Source: Gemmatimonas sp.
GTDB lineage: Bacteria > Gemmatimonadota > Gemmatimonadetes > Gemmatimonadales > Gemmatimonadaceae
Assembly: GCA_965279375.1 (NCBI GenBank)
Contig: OZ257156.1
Coordinates: 4,096,001 to 4,160,000 of the forward strand
Length of the DNA: 64,000 nucleotides
Reading direction: 5' to 3'
Numbering within the stretch: the first letter of the stretch is position 1; every line of letters starts with the position of its first letter. Below, piece after piece: positions 18,339 to 28,036 of this stretch. Below the pieces are notes generated by a model. That model did not search any database, was not told the DNA's origin, and worked only from the letters and a program-made list of their open reading frames with translations. The position numbers were made by a program, and so were the translations under genes.

Positions 18339-19667
18339 TTAACGGTAGAGATAGAATCGCCGCACATCGCGCTCGTACGCGACAATCGCAGGCAGCTGTC
18401 GGTCCATCACGGCGTCCGGATCGGCACCCGCCAGAATCGCCTCTCGCACCTTGGCCGCGCCCATTCGCAGGTCAAAACCACGGTCCGTCACGCGCAGTGA
18501 GTCCTTGTTCAGGCGATTGAGCGCCCACAACAGCGCCGCACCCACCCGCGCCGGCTGCACCAGCGCGCGGTCTGTGACTTCGATGCGAATTCCCGGAATC
18601 GACTTGTCGCCGTACTTGTTGTCGCCCGGCTGCTGCGGCGTGAACCGTTCCGCCTTGAAACGCACGCCGGTCAAGGAGAGGTCCTCCAGCAGGCGAGCCA
18701 ACGTGTCCGCACGCAGCCACGGTGCGCCGATGCGCTGAAAGGGCTCGTTTGTGCCCCGACCCACGGAGACGTTGGATGCTTCGAAGGGCACGAGCGCCGG
18801 ATAGAGCAGCGCGCTCGTCTGGTTGGGCAGATTGGGCGACGGCTTCACCCACGGCAGTCCCGTCTCGTCAAACCACATCGCACGCCGCCAGTACTGCATC
18901 GGCACGACGGTCAGCCGCGTGGTCATCTGCAGCTGCGCCTGAAAGAGGCGCGCCATTTCGCCCATCGTCAGCCCATGACGCAGCGGCATCGGATAGAGCG
19001 CGAAGCCATTGGCCGGCTTGGCGGGCGTGGCATACTCGGGGTTGGCCAGCGCCGAATCGAGCATCGCGCCTTCGATGCGCACACCGGAGAGCGGATTGGG
19101 CCGATCGAGGACCACCACGGGAATCCCCTTCTTGGCACCGGCGCGCATCGTGTAGAGCATCACGCCCACGTACGTCCAGGTGCGGGTACCGATATCCTGC
19201 AAATCGACCACCAGCACGTCGACGTCCGTCAGCAGGCTGTCCGGCGGCGGCACCGTGCCGCGCTGATAGAGCGAGAAAATAGGCAGGCCGGTCTTGGCAT
19301 CCTTGTCGTCGGCCACGTTCTCATGATCGGCAGTGCCCTGCGCGCCATGCTCGGGCGCGAACAGCCGCACCAGCTTCACACCAGCCTTCACCGCGCGCGG
19401 ATCGTTGAACAGCAGGTCGATCGAACGACGCCCCTTTTCATCCACGCCTGTTTGATTCGTCACGAGCGCGACGCGCTTGCCGGCCACGAGCTTGATGCTA
19501 TCGTCCATGAGCACCGAGATGCCGGGGCGCACTCGTCGGTTGATGCGCAACGGCATGCCGTCCGGCCCCTCCTCGGGCTGGGGACGATTGTCGGGCTTAT
19601 TGTTGCCAGAGCAGGCGGCGATCACCGCCGCTGCGCCCACGGCGACAAGCCACAGACCACGCTTCAC
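18339..19667 (-). CDS. namZ: exo-beta-N-acetylmuramidase (DUF1343), lipoprotein
   Basis: TNQTG, LFAPEHG, DLQDIGTR..TY, LDRPNP, RHGLTMGE, PSPN, SVGRGT; IAAC lipobox after GTG 19667. Confidence 0.9.
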   Translation of the reverse strand: MKRGLWLVAVGAAAVIAACSGNNKPDNRPQPEEGPDGMPLRINRRVRPGISVLMDDSIKLVAGKRVALVTNQTGVDEKGRRSIDLLFNDPRAVKAGVKLVRLFAPEHGAQGTADHENVADDKDAKTGLPIFSLYQRGTVPPPDSLLTDVDVLVVDLQDIGTRTWTYVGVMLYTMRAGAKKGIPVVVLDRPNPLSGVRIEGAMLDSALANPEYATPAKPANGFALYPMPLRHGLTMGEMARLFQAQLQMTTRLTVVPMQYWRRAMWFDETGLPWVKPSPNLPNQTSALLYPALVPFEASNVSVGRGTNEPFQRIGAPWLRADTLARLLEDLSLTGVRFKAERFTPQQPGDNKYGDKSIPGIRIEVTDRALVQPARVGAALLWALNRLNKDSLRVTDRGFDLRMGAAKVREAILAGADPDAVMDRQLPAIVAYERDVRRFYLYR

Positions 19668-19847
19668 CGTTCCGCGCCTCGTCTCCGGCACCATTCGCTG
19701 CATCGACCAACGCGCGTGCTGCTGGCACGCCGTCTCTTCCTGCCTCGCTCCGAGATGCTTCACGCACTCCTCCAGGTATGGCCGTCACGCCGACGCGGCG
19801 TATCGGACCTGCTTGTCGGCGAACACATCACACTCCGCCCTCCCTAC

Positions 19848-21716
19848 GTGGCCCCGCTCGCGCGCACCTCGTTTGCCCTGCTGACCGGCCTGTCCCTTAC
19901 CGGCGTGGCACTCGCCGGATGTGCCCGACCCGCCACGACTCCGAATGCCGCGTCCACCGGCATCTCGATGCGCGGTGCACGGCCAGCGGCATTGTCCGTC
20001 GACCCCTCGGTTCCGCTGCCCGCCGAGCATCGCCGATGGATCGACCGCACCGTCGCCACGATGACCCTCCGCGAACGCGTGGGCCAGATGGTGATGGTCT
20101 GGGTCCTCGGTGACTTCACGAACGCACGCGAACCGGGCTTTCTCAAGATCGTTGACCAAGTTCAGCGCGATGGTATCGGTGGGATCGTGATGTCACTGGG
20201 CTCACCCGTCGAAGTGGCAGCCAAGCTCAACTACCTGCAGGCCCGCGCGAAAATCCCGCTGCTCGTTGGCAGCGATGTGGAGCCGGGGCTCGGTCGTCTC
20301 GAAGGTGGATTCTTCTCGCCCACCTACCCGAGCGCCGGCAGTGCGACCGTACTGCCGAGCAACATGGCCATCGGTGCGACCGGTCGCGTGCAGGATGCCG
20401 AAGACGCCGGTCGGATCACGGGCACGGAATCGCTTGCGATCGGCATCCACATGGCGTTCGCGCCTGTCGTGGACGTCAACAACAATCCGTCCAATCCCGT
20501 CATCAACGTTCGGTCGTTCGGCGAGGACCCGCGCGCCGTCTCCACGCTCGCGTCGGCGTTCATCAAGGGCGTGCAGTCCACCGGCGCCGCCGCCACGGCG
20601 AAGCACTTTCCCGGCCACGGCGACACCGACACCGATTCGCATCTGGGGCTGCCCGTGATTCCCGTGCCGCGTAGTCGGCTCGATTCCGTGGAGCTGCTTC
20701 CTTTCGCGGCCGCCGTACGTTCCGGCATCGCCGGCATGATGACGGCGCACATTGCGTTGCCCGGTGCCTATGGCGACAGCGTGCCGGCGACGCTCTCGCC
20801 GCGCATTCTCACAGGACTGTTGCGCGATTCCCTCGCCTTTCGCGGCGCGACGTTCACCGACGCGATGACGATGGACGGACTCGCGCGCGGTTACGGCGTG
20901 GAAGAAAGCTCCGTGCGCGCGATCGAAGCAGGCAACGACATTCTGCTCATGCCCCCCGATGTCACCAAGGCGATCGACGCGGTCGTCAAGGCAGTGGAGA
21001 GCGGACGCATCACACCGGCTCGCATCGAACAGAGCGTGCGCCGCATTCTCGAGCTCAAGCTGCGTACCGGCGCGGTCGCACGACCGATCGTCTCGCTCGA
21101 TGCACTGCGCGACTCCGTGGCCACACCCGCTCACTGGGCCACGGCACAGGGGATCGCACAGCGTGCGATCACGCTGCTGCGCGACAGCGCGTCGCTGGTG
21201 CCGGTCGCACGTACTGCCCGCGTCATGCTTCTCACGTACGCGGCCGATGCCGAAGTCGCCGCTGGTGTTCCCTTCACTGCCGAAGTCCGCCGCCAAGGAG
21301 CGCGGGTGCGTGCCTCACGACTCTCGCCGCACGCGAACGCCGCCGAACTGGATTCACTGGCGCGCGAGGGCGAACAGATGGATCGCGTCATCGTCTACTC
21401 GTATACGCGCACCCTCGAGGGCGAAGGACGCTTGGCCATCCCTGCGCCGATCGCGGCATTCATCGCGCGGTTGGCCAGCAGCGGCAAATTGGTGATGGTC
21501 GCTGGTGGCAACCCCTACCAGTTGCGTCAGGTACCCTCGGTGCCCACCTACATGGTCACCTATGGACGCGGTGACGCGCTCGAGCGCGCGGCCGCGCGTG
21601 CACTGTTCGGCATGGCTCCGATCTCGGGGCACATCCCGGTCACACTTCCCGGATTCTTCACACGAGGCGAGGGACTGATGCGTGAGATCGCGCGCGACAC
21701 GAAGGGAACGCCATGA
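19848..21716 (+). CDS. nagZ: GH3 beta-N-acetylglucosaminidase, lipoprotein
   Basis: KHFPGHGDTDTDSH, FAPVVDVN, NVRSFGEDP, TDAM; LAGC lipobox; start approximate. Confidence 0.9.
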   Translation: MAPLARTSFALLTGLSLTGVALAGCARPATTPNAASTGISMRGARPAALSVDPSVPLPAEHRRWIDRTVATMTLRERVGQMVMVWVLGDFTNAREPGFLKIVDQVQRDGIGGIVMSLGSPVEVAAKLNYLQARAKIPLLVGSDVEPGLGRLEGGFFSPTYPSAGSATVLPSNMAIGATGRVQDAEDAGRITGTESLAIGIHMAFAPVVDVNNNPSNPVINVRSFGEDPRAVSTLASAFIKGVQSTGAAATAKHFPGHGDTDTDSHLGLPVIPVPRSRLDSVELLPFAAAVRSGIAGMMTAHIALPGAYGDSVPATLSPRILTGLLRDSLAFRGATFTDAMTMDGLARGYGVEESSVRAIEAGNDILLMPPDVTKAIDAVVKAVESGRITPARIEQSVRRILELKLRTGAVARPIVSLDALRDSVATPAHWATAQGIAQRAITLLRDSASLVPVARTARVMLLTYAADAEVAAGVPFTAEVRRQGARVRASRLSPHANAAELDSLAREGEQMDRVIVYSYTRTLEGEGRLAIPAPIAAFIARLASSGKLVMVAGGNPYQLRQVPSVPTYMVTYGRGDALERAAARALFGMAPISGHIPVTLPGFFTRGEGLMREIARDTKGTP

Positions 21717-22918
21717 TGACTGCTCACCTGCGCTCACCGCGCGCCGTCGTGGCGGCGGGCACGCTGCTCGTCGCCGCGGCGGCAGGCGCTTGTGCCAGCG
21801 CGACGTCGGCGGCGAGTAGCGCACCTACGGCGGCCGCGGCCGGCATCCCCGCTTCGCGCATCAATGCCCTTCAGGATTCGCTGCGCGTCGTCATCGACCG
21901 CGCGATCGCCGACAGTGCGTTTCCCGGTGCCTACGTCGCAGTTGGCAACGCGAACGGCGTACTGGCCGAATACGGCGCCGGCCGCCTCGACGCGGCCGAC
22001 GCCACGCGACCGAGCGCCAGCACGGTCTGGGACCTCGCCTCTCTCACCAAGGTCGTGGGGACGACCTCGGCGATGCTCCAACTCGTCGGACAGGGGAAGG
22101 TCGTCCTCGACTCGCCGGTGGTGCGCTATCTCCCCGCATGGAAGGCGCCGGGCACGTCGCGCATCACGGTGCGTCAGCTCATGACGCACTCGGCGGGCCT
22201 CCCGGCCTGGCGCCCCTTCTACAAGGAAGCCACGACCGCCGACGAAGCGATCGGTCAGCTGTTCGGCACTGGCCCCGACACCGTGCCCGGCAAGCGATTC
22301 CTGTACAGCGACCTGGGCTTCATGCTACTCGGCAAGCTGGTCGAAAACGTCTCGGGCGAGTCGCTGGCGCAGTACGACGTGGCGCACATCTTCGCGCCGC
22401 TCGGCATGCGCGACACCCGCTACTTGCCGCCGGCCGACTGGCTGCCGCGCATCGCCCCGACTGAGCAGGACCCGTGGCGCCAGCGAAAGGTGCGCGGAGA
22501 GGTGCACGACGAGAACGCGGTCCGAGTGGGCGGCGTCTCCGGGCATGCGGGGCTCTTCTCCAGCGGGCGGGATCTCGCCCGATTCGCTCGCATGTATCTG
22601 AGCGGCGGAACCCTCGACGGAGCGCGCGTGTTCGACGCGGGCACGGTCGCGCAGTTCACTCGCGTCCAGGACACGACGATCTCGCGCCGCGCGTTGGGGT
22701 GGGAGACGCCCACCGGAGGCAACTCTGCGGGTCGGAAGCTGTCACCCGTGGCGTTCGGGCACACCGGATTCACCGGTACCTCGCTCTGGATGGACCCGCA
22801 GCGGGGGATGTTCGTCCTTTTGTTGACCAACCGGGTGAACCCGACCCGGACGAATCTCAAGATTGGTCGGGTGCGCACCTCTGTCGCGGACGCGGCGGTG
22901 GCGGCACTCTTTCCCTGA
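21713..22918 (+). CDS. beta-lactamase-fold serine hydrolase, AmiE (MurNAc-L-Ala amidase)-like, probable lipoprotein
   Basis: DLASLTK (SxxK), LMTHSAG, YSDLGF, GEVHDENA, GHAGLFS, FGHTGFTGT, LLTNR; AGAC lipobox. Confidence 0.85.
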   Translation: MMTAHLRSPRAVVAAGTLLVAAAAGACASATSAASSAPTAAAAGIPASRINALQDSLRVVIDRAIADSAFPGAYVAVGNANGVLAEYGAGRLDAADATRPSASTVWDLASLTKVVGTTSAMLQLVGQGKVVLDSPVVRYLPAWKAPGTSRITVRQLMTHSAGLPAWRPFYKEATTADEAIGQLFGTGPDTVPGKRFLYSDLGFMLLGKLVENVSGESLAQYDVAHIFAPLGMRDTRYLPPADWLPRIAPTEQDPWRQRKVRGEVHDENAVRVGGVSGHAGLFSSGRDLARFARMYLSGGTLDGARVFDAGTVAQFTRVQDTTISRRALGWETPTGGNSAGRKLSPVAFGHTGFTGTSLWMDPQRGMFVLLLTNRVNPTRTNLKIGRVRTSVADAAVAALFP

Positions 22919-23086
22919 GTCGGCGCTCGGGGCGTCCCAGATTTCTTGCAAGGGGAGCGATCCAGTCGCTATTATCTCGGGTAGCATGACACGACGTCGC
23001 AGCGCTGGGTTTCCGCGTGGTGCGGGAACGAGCAACGACGCGTTCCATCAGGCCGACGGTACCGCCGGCCGTTTCGGAGGGCAGCA

Positions 23087-23446
23087 ATGAGCACGATGCA
23101 GCAGCCAGAGGTCATGGTGGTCATTACGCCGGTCGCCGGGACCGAAGTTCTGAAGTTCATGGAAGCCGAAGGCGTGACGGCGGAACAGGGCGGTCTGCGT
23201 GTGTCCGTGATGCCGGGCGGTTGCAGCGGCTTCAAGTACGGCCTAGTGATCGAAGACAAGAGCGCCGAAGACGACATCGTGATCGATCACGAAGGCGGCT
23301 TCAAGGTGTTCGTGGATCCGTTCTCCGCGCAGTATCTCAGTGGTACGGTGATCGATTACGTCTCGTCGATGCAGGGTTCGGGCTTTACATTCAAGAATCC
23401 GAATTCCACGGGCGGATGCGGCTGCGGGAGTTCCTTCTCCGCCTGA
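23087..23446 (+). CDS. A-type Fe-S carrier protein (IscA/ErpA/HesB family)
   Basis: GGCSGFKY, NPN, GGCGCGSSF; GGAGG RBS. Confidence 0.96.
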   Translation: MSTMQQPEVMVVITPVAGTEVLKFMEAEGVTAEQGGLRVSVMPGGCSGFKYGLVIEDKSAEDDIVIDHEGGFKVFVDPFSAQYLSGTVIDYVSSMQGSGFTFKNPNSTGGCGCGSSFSA

Positions 23447-23489
23447 TCACGTCGGCGCCGCGTCAGGCGCCCACCACCACAGCACAACG

Positions 23490-25451
23490 ATGAGTTCTCA
23501 GGCCACCAGCACACCGGAGCCCTCGCTGGCCCGCGTCCTCGATCCGAGTCGCGGGCCTCTGCGTATCGAGGCTTCGCCTGATCTTCCCTCCGATGCTGCG
23601 CTGCGTTCGCGCGAGCGCATTCCAACCATCATCGTCGACGATCACGAAGCGCTTGCCCGCATGGTGGCCGCGCGTATCGCGACACTCATTCGCGATCGCG
23701 CCGCCGCCAATCGCAAGATCGTGCTCGGCCTCGCGACCGGATCCACGCCGATCGGTGTCTATCGCGAGTTGATCCGCCTGCATCGCGAAGAACAGCTGAG
23801 CTTTGCGAACGTCGTGACGTTCAATCTCGACGAGTACTACCCGATGCCGCCCGCGAGCATCCACTCGTATCATCGATTCATGTGGGAGAATCTCTTCTCG
23901 CACGTGGACATCGACGCGGCGAACGTGCATCTGCTGGACGGCACACTCGCGCGCGCCGATGTCGAAGCGGCCTGCCGCGCCTACGAAGACGCGATCGTCG
24001 CGGCGGGTGGCATCGATTTCCAGCTTCTCGGTATCGGCAAGACCGGCCACATCGGCTTCAACGAGCCCGGCTCGGGTGAGTCGAGCCGGACGCGCATCAT
24101 CCATCTCGATCACGTCACCCGCCGCGACGCCTCGGCGGATTTCTTCGGCGAAGAGAACGTGCCGCGCGAAGCGATCACGATGGGTATCGCGACGATCCTC
24201 GCTGCGCGTGAAATCGCCATTCTGGCGACAGGCGAGCACAAATCGGGCGTCGTCAAGCGCGCTGTCGAAGGCGAGATCGATCGCGACGTCGCCGCGACGT
24301 TCCTGCAGCGTCATCCGTCCACCACGTTTTTTGTGGACGAATCGGCTGCGGTCGAACTCACGCGAGTCGCGACTCCATGGCTGCTCGATGAAATCACGTG
24401 GACCGACGCGCTCGAAACGCGCGCGGTGACGTGGCTGGCCGGACGCACGGGCAAGGCGATTCTCAAGCTCACGCACCAGGACTACGCCGATCATCAGCTC
24501 ACGTCGCTGGTCGCGCGCCACGGCTCGCCCGGCGCGGTGAATGGTCTCGTGTTCAACGTCCTCGGCGCCAAGATCAAGGGCAAGAGCAAGCTGCCGCGCG
24601 CGAAGCGCGTGATCTGCTTCTCGCCGCACCCAGACGACGACGTGATCTCGATGGGTGGCATCCTGCGCAAGTTCGTCGAGAACGAGAACGACATGACCGT
24701 CGCGTACATGACGAGCGGCAACATCGCCGTGTTCGATCATGATGTGCGCCGCTACATGGATTTCCTCGAGCGGTTGGACCGCGAGCGCATCAGCGATGGC
24801 ACTGCAGTACGCCAGCTCGCGGAAACCGTGGATGCCTTCCTGACCAACAAGCACGCCGGCCAGGTCGATATTCCGGAAGTGCAGGACATCAAGCGCATCA
24901 TCCGCGAGTCCGAAGCGGTGAGCGGCATCGAAGTGATGGGTCTCAATCGCTCGCATGCGCGCTTCCTCAACCTGCCCTTCTATCAGACAGGCAAGGTGCG
25001 CAAGGATCCGATCGGTCCTGCCGACGTGAGAATCGTGGCCGATCTGCTCCGCGAGCTCAAGCCGGAAATCGTCTTCGTGGCCGGCGACCTTTCCGATCCG
25101 CACGGCACCCATCGCATGTGCAAGGAAGCGATCGATGCTGCGCTCATTGAAGTGTACGGCGACGGTGCGGTGGCGCCGGCGCGTCCGGAAGTGTGGCTCT
25201 ACCGCGGTGCGTGGCAGGAGTGGCCGGTGACTGAAGCCACGACGCTCGTCCCGCTCTCGCAGGAAGAGCTGACGCTCAAGATCCAGGCGATCTTCAAGCA
25301 TCAGTCGCAGAAAGACTCGGCTCCCTTCCCCGGCCAGGACGAACGCGAGTTCTGGCAGCGCGTCGAACAGCGCAACAAGGCCACGTCGGCGCAGCTCGAT
25401 CGATTGGGACTCGCAGAATACTTCGCGATGGAAGCGTATGTCATCGTCTAA
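23490..25451 (+). CDS. nagB: glucosamine-6-phosphate deaminase fused to a PIG-L/LmbE deacetylase-like domain
   Basis: GLATGSTP, FNLDEY, GHIGFNEP, AITMG; C-terminal SPHPDDD, DPHGTH, HQSQ. Confidence 0.92.
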   Translation: MSSQATSTPEPSLARVLDPSRGPLRIEASPDLPSDAALRSRERIPTIIVDDHEALARMVAARIATLIRDRAAANRKIVLGLATGSTPIGVYRELIRLHREEQLSFANVVTFNLDEYYPMPPASIHSYHRFMWENLFSHVDIDAANVHLLDGTLARADVEAACRAYEDAIVAAGGIDFQLLGIGKTGHIGFNEPGSGESSRTRIIHLDHVTRRDASADFFGEENVPREAITMGIATILAAREIAILATGEHKSGVVKRAVEGEIDRDVAATFLQRHPSTTFFVDESAAVELTRVATPWLLDEITWTDALETRAVTWLAGRTGKAILKLTHQDYADHQLTSLVARHGSPGAVNGLVFNVLGAKIKGKSKLPRAKRVICFSPHPDDDVISMGGILRKFVENENDMTVAYMTSGNIAVFDHDVRRYMDFLERLDRERISDGTAVRQLAETVDAFLTNKHAGQVDIPEVQDIKRIIRESEAVSGIEVMGLNRSHARFLNLPFYQTGKVRKDPIGPADVRIVADLLRELKPEIVFVAGDLSDPHGTHRMCKEAIDAALIEVYGDGAVAPARPEVWLYRGAWQEWPVTEATTLVPLSQEELTLKIQAIFKHQSQKDSAPFPGQDEREFWQRVEQRNKATSAQLDRLGLAEYFAMEAYVIV

Positions 25452-25478
25452 CCTGCCATCGTTCAACAAGCGGGTCTC

Positions 25479-27014
25479 GTGACCGGTCGCTTCAATCTTC
25501 TGGATCTGCTGGTGCTGCTGGCCTACCTGACCGGCACAACAGCGCTGGGCATGTGGATCGGCCGAGGACAGCGCACGGCGAACGAGTACTTCGTGGCAGA
25601 GCGCGCGATCCCGTGGTGGGCGGTGCTCTTCTCCATCGTGGCGAGTGAAACGTCTGCGCTGACGTTCATCAGCATTCCCGGGTTGTCGTACGTCGGCAAC
25701 CTCGGGTTTCTCGAGGTCGTCGCAGGCTACATCGTTGGACGAATCGTCGTGGCGTACACGCTGTTGCCGCGGTATTTCGCCGGCAACCTCGTCACGGCGT
25801 ACGCACTCCTCGAAACACGCTTCGGTCTCGGCACACGCCGCTTCACGTCGATCGTGTTCATGATCACGCGTGCGCTGGCAGATGCGGTGCGCGTCTTCGC
25901 AACCGCTATTCCGGTGGCATTGATCATCGGTCCTGTCATGCCGGCCGAGTACACCATGCCCGCGGCCATCATCGTGCTGGGCGTCCTCACGGTCATCTAC
26001 ACGTACCGCGGCGGCATGAAGGCCGTGGTGTGGACGGAGTTGTTGCAGGCAAGCATTTATCTGTTCGGCGGGCTCTCCGCGATCGTGCTGATTGGCGGTG
26101 CGGTGGACGGCGGCTGGAGCACGATCATCGACAAGGCTGGCGCGGCAGGCAAGCTGCAAGCCATCGACTGGTACGCAGGCTTCGATCGACCGCACACGAT
26201 GTTCGCCGGCATCATCGGCGGTGCGTTCCTCGCCATGGCATCGCACGGCGCGGATCAGATCATCGTGCAGCGGTTGCTCTCCAGCCGTTCACTCAAGCAG
26301 GCGCAGGTGGCAATCATCGGCAGCGGCTTCGCCGTATTCGCGCAGATGACGCTCTTCCTGTTCGTCGGCCTCGGTCTGTGGGTGCTGTACGAAGGACGCC
26401 CGTTCTCGGCGGCGGATCAGATCTTCCCGACGTACATCATCGAGCGCATGCCGCATGGCCTCATCGGCCTGATTGTCGCGGCCATCATCGCGGCCACGAT
26501 GAGCACGCACTCCGGCGCGATCAATGCGCTGGCTGCGTCGTCCACGCACGACATCTACTTGCCGTTCACGGGACGCAGCCCGGATGATCCGCGCACGCTC
26601 AAGGTCGGCAAGCTGTTCGCGCTTGGCTGGGGCATCGTGCTTACGCTTGGCGCGCTGATGTTCAAGGAGAACGGGACGCCCGTCGTCGTGATTGCGCTGT
26701 CGATCGCTTCCTTCACACAGGGCGGACTGCTGGGCGGTTTCTTCCTCGGCATGTTCTGGTCGCGCGCCATTCAGCGCGATGCGATACTTGGAATGAGCGT
26801 GGGCATCAGCTGCATGGCGTTCATCGTATTCGCCAAGCAGATCGTGGCCGCCTATCCGTCCACTGCCAGCACGCTTGGTGGCGTGGCGACGATCGCGTGG
26901 CCGTGGTATGTGCTCATCGGTCTCTCGATTACCTTCGTGACGGGGATGTTGTCCTCCTTCACGCACGCGGCGCCGAGTGGCGCGCCGCTTCCTTCCACTC
27001 GGACTCGCGCATGA
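25479..27014 (+). CDS. sodium:solute symporter (SSS family)
   Basis: Multiple TM segments; SETSALTF, YTYRGGMKAVVWT, DQ..VQR.L, AATMST. Confidence 0.93.
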   Translation: MTGRFNLLDLLVLLAYLTGTTALGMWIGRGQRTANEYFVAERAIPWWAVLFSIVASETSALTFISIPGLSYVGNLGFLEVVAGYIVGRIVVAYTLLPRYFAGNLVTAYALLETRFGLGTRRFTSIVFMITRALADAVRVFATAIPVALIIGPVMPAEYTMPAAIIVLGVLTVIYTYRGGMKAVVWTELLQASIYLFGGLSAIVLIGGAVDGGWSTIIDKAGAAGKLQAIDWYAGFDRPHTMFAGIIGGAFLAMASHGADQIIVQRLLSSRSLKQAQVAIIGSGFAVFAQMTLFLFVGLGLWVLYEGRPFSAADQIFPTYIIERMPHGLIGLIVAAIIAATMSTHSGAINALAASSTHDIYLPFTGRSPDDPRTLKVGKLFALGWGIVLTLGALMFKENGTPVVVIALSIASFTQGGLLGGFFLGMFWSRAIQRDAILGMSVGISCMAFIVFAKQIVAAYPSTASTLGGVATIAWPWYVLIGLSITFVTGMLSSFTHAAPSGAPLPSTRTRA

Positions 27015-27961
27015 GCGCCGGCCCACTCGATCCCATGCCGCTCGTCGTCGGAGTTGACGGCGGCGGCACTCGCACACGTGTCGTGCTCGCCGACGCCGCG
27101 GGCAACGTGCTCGCGCGCACCGAGGGCGCGGCCACGTCGCTGCAGCCCGGCCACGAGTCCGTTGCGGCCGACATCATCAAGGTGCTCATCGCCGACGTGC
27201 TGGCGATGGCGGAGCGCACGGAAACTCGTCCGGCGGTCTGCGTCGTTGGCGTGGCGGGAGCGGGCCAGGAGCGTACGGCGCAAGCGCTGTGGTCCGCGCT
27301 GGCGTCGCGTCGCATTGCCGATGACGTGTCGGTGCAGGCCGATGCGACGATCGCGATGGACGACGCGTTTGGCGACTCCGCCGGTGTGCTGCTCATCGCC
27401 GGTACTGGCTCCGTGGCGTTCTCGCGTGCACCGGATGGCCGGTTGGAGCGTTGCGGTGGATGGGGTCCCAACATTGGCGACGAGGGCAGTGCCGCATGGC
27501 TCGGCCGTCGTGCGCTGAGCGTCGTGACGGCGGCAAGCGATGGCCGCGAGCCCGATACCGCGCTCACCGGAGCACTGCTGACCGCGCTCGAGCTCGAGTC
27601 GCTGGATGAGCTGATCCCGTGGGCGGCGGATGCGACGCCCGGAAAGCTCGCGGCGTTGGCGCCCGTAGTGGCCAAGGTTGCGTCCACCGGCGATCTGCGT
27701 GCCAATGCGCTCATCAGTCTGTGCGTGGAAGAGCTCTCGCTGCACGTGCGCACGTTGGCGCGTCGTTGCTTCATGGACGAGCGCGCGGCGATTCCTGTGG
27801 CGTTGGCCGGCGGGCTGATGTCCAAGGGTTCGCTGGTGCGGAAGCGCCTCGAGCAGCGTCTCAAGAGCGCCGTGCCGGGCGCGATGGTGCGTGCCGACGA
27901 TGTCGACGCAGCGCGCGGTGCAATTCGTCGTGCGCGCCGACTGCTGGGTGTCGAGGTGTAA
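27011..27961 (+). CDS. BadF/BadG-type sugar kinase (GlcNAc/MurNAc kinase-like)
   Basis: GVDGGGTRT, GVAG, IAGTGS, GGWG..IGDEGS, LAGG; ATGA overlap with the symporter. Confidence 0.88.
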   Translation: MSAGPLDPMPLVVGVDGGGTRTRVVLADAAGNVLARTEGAATSLQPGHESVAADIIKVLIADVLAMAERTETRPAVCVVGVAGAGQERTAQALWSALASRRIADDVSVQADATIAMDDAFGDSAGVLLIAGTGSVAFSRAPDGRLERCGGWGPNIGDEGSAAWLGRRALSVVTAASDGREPDTALTGALLTALELESLDELIPWAADATPGKLAALAPVVAKVASTGDLRANALISLCVEELSLHVRTLARRCFMDERAAIPVALAGGLMSKGSLVRKRLEQRLKSAVPGAMVRADDVDAARGAIRRARRLLGVEV

Positions 27962-27981
27962 CCGTCGCTTCAGGCGAAGAA

Positions 27982-28016
27982 AAAGAGCCGCACGGCAATT
28001 CTCCGCGCGGCTCTTT
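27982..28016. terminator. bidirectional intrinsic terminator
   Basis: AAAGAGCCGCACGG / CCGCGCGGCTCTTT stem with A and T tracts between convergent genes. Confidence 0.8.
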
Positions 28017-28036
28017 CGTTTGTGCCACCTCGTCGA

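Noticed and set aside
21713..22918. Beta-lactamase resistance gene
   Set aside because: GEVHDENA/GHAGLF motifs and linkage to nagZ/namZ favour an AmiE-like cell-wall hydrolase
23463..26246. 927-aa minus-strand ORF
   Set aside because: Antisense shadow of nagB and the symporter; Arg/His-rich, no motifs; expected from high-GC codon bias
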